Origin: Candidatus Shapirobacteria bacterium GW2011_GWF2_37_20
GTDB taxonomy: Bacteria; Patescibacteriota; Microgenomatia; UBA12405
Assembly (NCBI GenBank): GCA_000989305.1
Contig: LBTB01000006.1
Span: forward strand, 66,448 to 130,447
Length of the DNA stretch: 64,000 nt
Direction of reading: 5' to 3'
Shown here piece after piece: positions 59,257-64,000 of the stretch. The notes beneath the pieces were generated by a model. The model made no database searches. It saw only the letters and a program-made list of their open reading frames with translations, and was not told where the DNA came from. The number at the start of each line of letters is the position of its first letter. The first letter of the stretch is position 1. The position numbers were made by a program, and so were the translations under genes.

Positions 59257-61389
59257 TTACTCCGAGATGTTATCGGAGGGGCTTCGATGGGCAATTAATA
59301 TTTCCCTCGGTTTGGCTCCGTTGACCGGACCAACAATACCTGCCTTTTCCAATTCATCGAGAACCCGAGCGGCTCTGGCATAGCCTAGTTTAAGTTTTCT
59401 TTGCATCAGAGAAGCTGAGGCTTTACCAGTTTCCTGGATTAATTTAACAGCGTCTTCAAACATGGCATCGCGCTCTTCACCATCAGAGACCATGATATTT
59501 TTACTTGAAGAGTTAGGACTATTTACGGGTTGTTTGGTGATTTCGTCATTGTATTCACCACTTCTTTGAGTTTTTAAGAAATCGATTAAACGATTAACTT
59601 CTTTGTCGGAAATAAAGCAACCCTGAATACGAACTGGTTTGGCCAGATCGGGGGGGATATACAACATATCACCCCGACCAAGTAGTTTTTCTGCTCCGGG
59701 AGTATCCAAAACCACCCTAGAATCGGTCATAGAAGCAACAGCAAAGGCGATACGGGTCGGAATGTTGGCCTTAATTAACCCGGTGATAATGTTGACGGAA
59801 GGTCTTTGAGTAGCCAGAACAAGATGGATACCGGTAGCACGGGCCATCTGAGCGATGCGACAAATGTTGTCTTCAACTTCGGCCGGGGAGAACAACATAA
59901 TTTCGGCTAATTCATCAATAACAATAAGAATGTAGGGAATAGACTGAAAACCAGACAAATCGTTATAACCATCAATGTTTTTGGCACCAACTTCAGTAAA
60001 AAGTTTATAACGACGCTCCATTTCGTTAACGGCCCATTTTAAGGCAGAGACAACTTTTTCCGGTTCAACAATAACCGGAGTCAAAAGATGAGGGATACCG
60101 TTATATTGTGATAATTCTACGCGTTTTGGATCAACCATAATTAGTCGGACTTCATCAGGAGAAGCCCGGAAGAGTAAGGTAGAAATCCAAGAATTAATAC
60201 AAATAGATTTTCCAGAACCAGTTTGACCGGCAATTAAAACATGGGGCATTTTGGAAATATCAGCAATTTTTGGCAAACCAGCAACGTCAAGACCAAGCGG
60301 AATTGTAATCTTGCTTTTGGCATTTTTCATAATGTCAGATTCCAGAATAGTTCGGATTGGAACAACTTCCAGGGAACGATTGGGCATCTCAATACCAACT
60401 AAAGAACGACCGGGAATGGGGGCTTCGACACGAATTTGACCGCCAGGAGCGGCCAGAGCCATAGCTAAATCGTTGCTTAAAGATAAAATCTTAGCTAGTT
60501 TGGTGCCTAAGGCCACCTCAAGAGCATACTGAGTAACCGAAGGGCTATTGTTGACCTCAGCCACCCGGGCAGTGATACCGAATGAATCAAGGGTTTGTTC
60601 AATTATTTGAGCGTTTTTACGAACGTCACCCCGATCAGCTTTAGCACCGGGAGTATCGTCAAAAAGAGACATGGAAGGATAAACCCAGGGCTGACTTCCT
60701 GAAGAAGTGAGAGGAGGAGAATCCTTAAAAACTGGGGCAATATTCACTACTCCTAAATCTGCCTTAGAGTTGGATTTGGCATAATCTTTTTCTTTAACGG
60801 CGAAGGGATCGGAATTAGGTGAAGACATTTCTGATTGGTAGAGCGGATTTTTAGATAAATCCTTAGACTTTTTATTTTTGAGTTTGGTGGCCTGGCCAAT
60901 AGAATAGCGACGAATGGTATTAAAAACGTTGGCAAAAAATTTAAAAATCTGAGCGATATTGGTATCAAAAAGAACCACAAAACCAACAATGAGAGCAAAA
61001 AAGAAAATAATAAAGGTTGGAGCTTCGGAAAATAGGGCCAAAAATTGTTCCCAAAAAAAGGAACCGACTAACCCCTGCTTAAAAAGGCCAAGGAGGGCAA
61101 AAAACATAATACAGAAACCAAAGAAAACATTGGCTTCACGGAGAGGTGACTTCACTTTGGTAAAAAGAAAAGAAATTAAAAGGAACAAGAAGGGGACCAT
61201 AACTGCACCCCAACCAAAAAATTTATTTAGAGCCAAGTTAACATCGGTGGCAATAGTCCCCTGTTGTAAAAAAGAAAAAACCGAAAGAATAGCCAAAATT
61301 AAGAAAAAAATAAAAAAGATTGATTTGACGGTATCTGGCTTTAGTTTAAGTGTGGGGAGAATTCGATTTTTCTTGCGTCCGCGGGGCAT
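59257..61389 (-). CDS. ftsK: DNA translocase FtsK/SpoIIIE
   Basis: N-terminal TM helices; Walker A GQTGSGKS; C-terminal gamma winged-helix domain. Confidence 0.85.
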   Translation of the reverse strand: MPRGRKKNRILPTLKLKPDTVKSIFFIFFLILAILSVFSFLQQGTIATDVNLALNKFFGWGAVMVPFLFLLISFLFTKVKSPLREANVFFGFCIMFFALLGLFKQGLVGSFFWEQFLALFSEAPTFIIFFFALIVGFVVLFDTNIAQIFKFFANVFNTIRRYSIGQATKLKNKKSKDLSKNPLYQSEMSSPNSDPFAVKEKDYAKSNSKADLGVVNIAPVFKDSPPLTSSGSQPWVYPSMSLFDDTPGAKADRGDVRKNAQIIEQTLDSFGITARVAEVNNSPSVTQYALEVALGTKLAKILSLSNDLAMALAAPGGQIRVEAPIPGRSLVGIEMPNRSLEVVPIRTILESDIMKNAKSKITIPLGLDVAGLPKIADISKMPHVLIAGQTGSGKSICINSWISTLLFRASPDEVRLIMVDPKRVELSQYNGIPHLLTPVIVEPEKVVSALKWAVNEMERRYKLFTEVGAKNIDGYNDLSGFQSIPYILIVIDELAEIMLFSPAEVEDNICRIAQMARATGIHLVLATQRPSVNIITGLIKANIPTRIAFAVASMTDSRVVLDTPGAEKLLGRGDMLYIPPDLAKPVRIQGCFISDKEVNRLIDFLKTQRSGEYNDEITKQPVNSPNSSSKNIMVSDGEERDAMFEDAVKLIQETGKASASLMQRKLKLGYARAARVLDELEKAGIVGPVNGAKPREILIAHRSPSDNISE

Positions 61390-61412
61390 AAGTACAGTAT
61401 AGAGTAAAAATA

Positions 61413-62642
61413 CTAATTATAAAAACTAGTAATTTTGGAAACAAGATCTTTGGCTTCAATAATTTCAGATTCTTTTTCCGATCTTAACTTGAATTCTATA
61501 CCACCTTTTTCCTGGCTTCTTTTACTGGCAACAAGTCTGACGGGAATACCGATCAAGTCAGCATCAGCAAATTTGGCGCCGGCACCGATATCCCGATCAT
61601 CAAAAAGAACATCAATATTTTTTGATAATAATTCCTGATATAAATCTTCACCTAAACCATCAAGACCAACTAAGTGGACTTGGTAAGGGGCAATATTTTT
61701 TGGCCAGATAATACCGGCATCATCATGACAAAGTTCAACTACCGTACCCATGACCCGGGAAGGACCCATACCATAACAACCCATTTCGACAATTTTTTCC
61801 TTGCCTTGAGAATCGGAATAGAAAAATTTAAATGCATCAGAAAACTTGGTTCTCAATTTAAAAATATTACCAACCTCGGTAGCCTTGACTGCCTCTAGTT
61901 TGTCGTTGCCACATTCAGGACAAGTTTTTTGGGTATTAATAATTTCTTTATTGACGGCCACGCGACACTTAGAGCACAAATAAATCGTGTCTTCGCCTCC
62001 TTCATTTAAGGTTTGGAATTCGTGAGAAAATTGGCTGAAGTTTCCACCGGAAGAAAAAGTCAAAACAGTCTTGCCACCAATACCAATACGTTCATAAATT
62101 TTAAAATAAGCTTGTTTGACGATATCGTAATAACGATTTAAATCGGCTTCATCAACATGAAAAGAATAGAGGTCTTTCATGCTAAATTCGCGACCCCGAA
62201 GAAGGCCGGATTTGGCCCGAGCTTCGTTGCGATATTTATTTTGAATCTGATAAAGGGCGACAGGTAAATCCCGATAAGAAAAAACGTATTTTTGGACCAG
62301 AGGAGTAATCACTTCCTCGTGAGTTGGATTTAAAACTAAATTAGTATCTCCCTGGCCTTTGAGGTGAAAAAGAACATCCATGGTGTTGCGACCGGTGGTA
62401 ATCCAGTTCTCTTCTTGGGTCATGGCCGGCATCAAAACTTCCTGACCACCGATTTTATTCATTTCTTCACGAATGATATTTTGAATTTTAGTTAAGACTC
62501 TCAGTCCTAGGGGTAAAAAATTGTAGACACCAGAAATTTGCTTTTGAATAAAAGCGGCTTGAGTTAATAATTTTGCGTTAACACTGTCAGCATCAGAGGC
62601 AACATTCTTACTTGTCTTGCCAAATAGTTTTGAATACTTCAT
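61413..62642 (-). CDS. proS: Prolyl-tRNA synthetase (short form, no INS editing domain)
   Basis: Class II motifs; ProRS N-terminus YSKLFGKT...SGVYNFLPLG; C-terminal anticodon-binding domain. Confidence 0.8.
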   Translation of the reverse strand: MKYSKLFGKTSKNVASDADSVNAKLLTQAAFIQKQISGVYNFLPLGLRVLTKIQNIIREEMNKIGGQEVLMPAMTQEENWITTGRNTMDVLFHLKGQGDTNLVLNPTHEEVITPLVQKYVFSYRDLPVALYQIQNKYRNEARAKSGLLRGREFSMKDLYSFHVDEADLNRYYDIVKQAYFKIYERIGIGGKTVLTFSSGGNFSQFSHEFQTLNEGGEDTIYLCSKCRVAVNKEIINTQKTCPECGNDKLEAVKATEVGNIFKLRTKFSDAFKFFYSDSQGKEKIVEMGCYGMGPSRVMGTVVELCHDDAGIIWPKNIAPYQVHLVGLDGLGEDLYQELLSKNIDVLFDDRDIGAGAKFADADLIGIPVRLVASKRSQEKGGIEFKLRSEKESEIIEAKDLVSKITSFYN

Positions 62643-62645
62643 GAC

Positions 62646-63215
62646 TTATTTTAGCAGAGCTTCAACGGCAGAGCTGAGGGAAGCGTGAATATCGGGATTT
62701 AAACCATTTTCAAAAATGTCGTTGTAGTTTCCTTTTAGTTCGCTTTTAGTTTGAAAACTTTTTGTAGCGACAACTTTTCCGACATAGCGGCAATAAAGGT
62801 TGGCGATATTTTTGGCACAGACTTCACTTTCTTCAACTTTTTCAGCTCCAACAGTAATTATCACAGTTTTTTTATTTTTTAATAATTCATCTTTACCGCT
62901 GGCAAAAACTACACACGATCTGTCCATAAAATCTTTCAATAAGCCAGGAGGCATTTGAAAATAGTTTGGAGAAATTATGACTAATCCATCAGATTCAACC
63001 ATTTTGTCGATAATGGGAGAAACGTCGTCTTTTTGGCAGCAAATTCCAGCCGGATTACAAAATTCGATGCAACCATGGCAGCGGTTAATATTTTTTTCAC
63101 GCAACAAAATTATTTCATTATCAGCACCTTTTTCTTTAAAAAGTTTTTGCATTTCTAAAAGAATTGTTTCTGAGTTACCACGTCTTGGGGAGCCACAAAT
63201 TGAAAGTATTTTCAT
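62646..63215 (-). CDS. Flavodoxin-like NADPH-dependent FMN reductase / iron-sulfur flavoprotein family
   Basis: MKILSICGSPRRGNSE flavodoxin-like start; Cys cluster CHGCIEFC...CC. Start set at the internal ATG 63215. Confidence 0.55.
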   Translation of the reverse strand: MKILSICGSPRRGNSETILLEMQKLFKEKGADNEIILLREKNINRCHGCIEFCNPAGICCQKDDVSPIIDKMVESDGLVIISPNYFQMPPGLLKDFMDRSCVVFASGKDELLKNKKTVIITVGAEKVEESEVCAKNIANLYCRYVGKVVATKSFQTKSELKGNYNDIFENGLNPDIHASLSSAVEALLK

Positions 63216-63308
63216 GAGATATTTTACCAAATAAAAACAAAGATGCCCGTCCTGCCCGGGATAAATCGCGGACAAAGGCGGGCAATTAAGTTTAACAGAA
63301 AAAAATTT

Positions 63309-63887
63309 TTATTTGTCTGCTTTTATTACCCTTCTTCGAGTAATTAGCAAGGTGCAAAACGAAATATTGGCAATGAAAGCATAGAGAGGAAAAAGTATCG
63401 TCACAATATTGACTGATTGAAGCGATAACATTATTAACCCTTGACGGGCAATACTCAGAAGCCAAGTAAAAAGGGTTTCCTGCCAGGGTTTTTCCCATGA
63501 TTTTATAAAAGTGGGAATAAAAGAAAGAATGTCTATTATCACCACTAAGATAATTGACCAAACAGGTTGATGGACAATAAGCCATAAAATTATGGCAATA
63601 ATTGCTAAAACAAAAGAAATAATGTCAGTGACTTTTATGTTCTTGGTGCCATTTTGAAAGCTTTTGATAAACAGGACCAAACAAATCAAACCCATGGTAA
63701 AGTTGGCATAAGATCCAGCGCCGGCTCCCTTGCTCCATTGTAAACCAAAAGCTAAGAAAGAAACTAAAGTCCAAAGAAACCAACTGATAACATGTGGTTT
63801 AGTCTTACCTTTAAATGTATCCCGAAGATAGGGTACATAACCAACTAAAGCCATGATTACGGTAATAATTCCCAAAATTTGTTTCAC
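63309..63887 (-). CDS. Hypothetical polytopic membrane protein
   Basis: Four or more predicted TM helices; no recognised family. Confidence 0.45.
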   Translation of the reverse strand: MKQILGIITVIMALVGYVPYLRDTFKGKTKPHVISWFLWTLVSFLAFGLQWSKGAGAGSYANFTMGLICLVLFIKSFQNGTKNIKVTDIISFVLAIIAIILWLIVHQPVWSIILVVIIDILSFIPTFIKSWEKPWQETLFTWLLSIARQGLIMLSLQSVNIVTILFPLYAFIANISFCTLLITRRRVIKADK

Positions 63888-63912
63888 TTTAGTAGTATAT
63901 CAGTTGAGTTTT

Positions 63913-64000
63913 AGACCTCGACAATAAGAGGCAGAACCATAGGTTCACGACCAGTTTTTTCTTTGATGATAGTTTCGAGATAAGCTTGAATTTCGGTACG
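63913..64000 (-). CDS. 3' end of a gene running off the window (C-terminus ...TEIQAYLETIIKEKTGREPMVLPLIVEV)
   Basis: Open frame from the window edge to the stop at 63913-63915. Confidence 0.3.

Overview
This is a low-GC (roughly 38-40% by eye), very gene-dense window with many 1-4 nt gene overlaps (ATGA, TAATG junctions). Gene content and architecture suggest a small-genome bacterium, probably Candidate Phyla Radiation / Patescibacteria; that lineage call is inference. The backbone is one long minus-strand informational cluster. It runs rpoB-rpoC-rpsL-rpsG, then a terminator, then a ~6.7 kb accessory insertion (LytR_C membrane protein, rfbB-rfbC-rfbD dTDP-rhamnose genes, a GC-elevated orphan gene flanked by inverted repeats, an FAD oxidoreductase, a DUF202 protein), then fusA-tuf-rpsJ and the S10/spc/alpha ribosomal operons through to rplM-rpsI. 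L30 is absent, S14 is Zn-type, S12 carries an insertion and L24 a CxxC..CxxC variant. Other modules: (a) a DNA-alkylation repair operon on the plus strand (rarA, tadA-like deaminase, alkyltransferase-like ATL with PWHR, stand-alone GIY-YIG nuclease, AlkD-like), plus a separate short Ogt (PCHR) upstream of korAB 2-oxoacid:ferredoxin oxidoreductase. (b) A convergent split nuclease pair: an RNase-H-like exonuclease plus a Cas4-like PD-(D/E)XK Fe-S nuclease. (c) alaS whose editing domain continues in a shifted frame, with no C-Ala domain, followed by an inserted large membrane protein plus sortase, then ruvX-mltG-NUDIX. (d) A membrane protein with a von Willebrand factor type C (VWC)-like cysteine-rich module and a Pro/Glu-rich repeat, located where rplKAJL normally precedes rpoB. 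(e) A ~560 bp structured non-coding region at the window start containing a strong-SD 28-codon Phe-rich ORF abutting mutually exclusive hairpins. I found no tRNA, rRNA, tmRNA, RNase P RNA or CRISPR array. All functional calls rest on motif recognition by eye from the translated ORFs; no database search was run.
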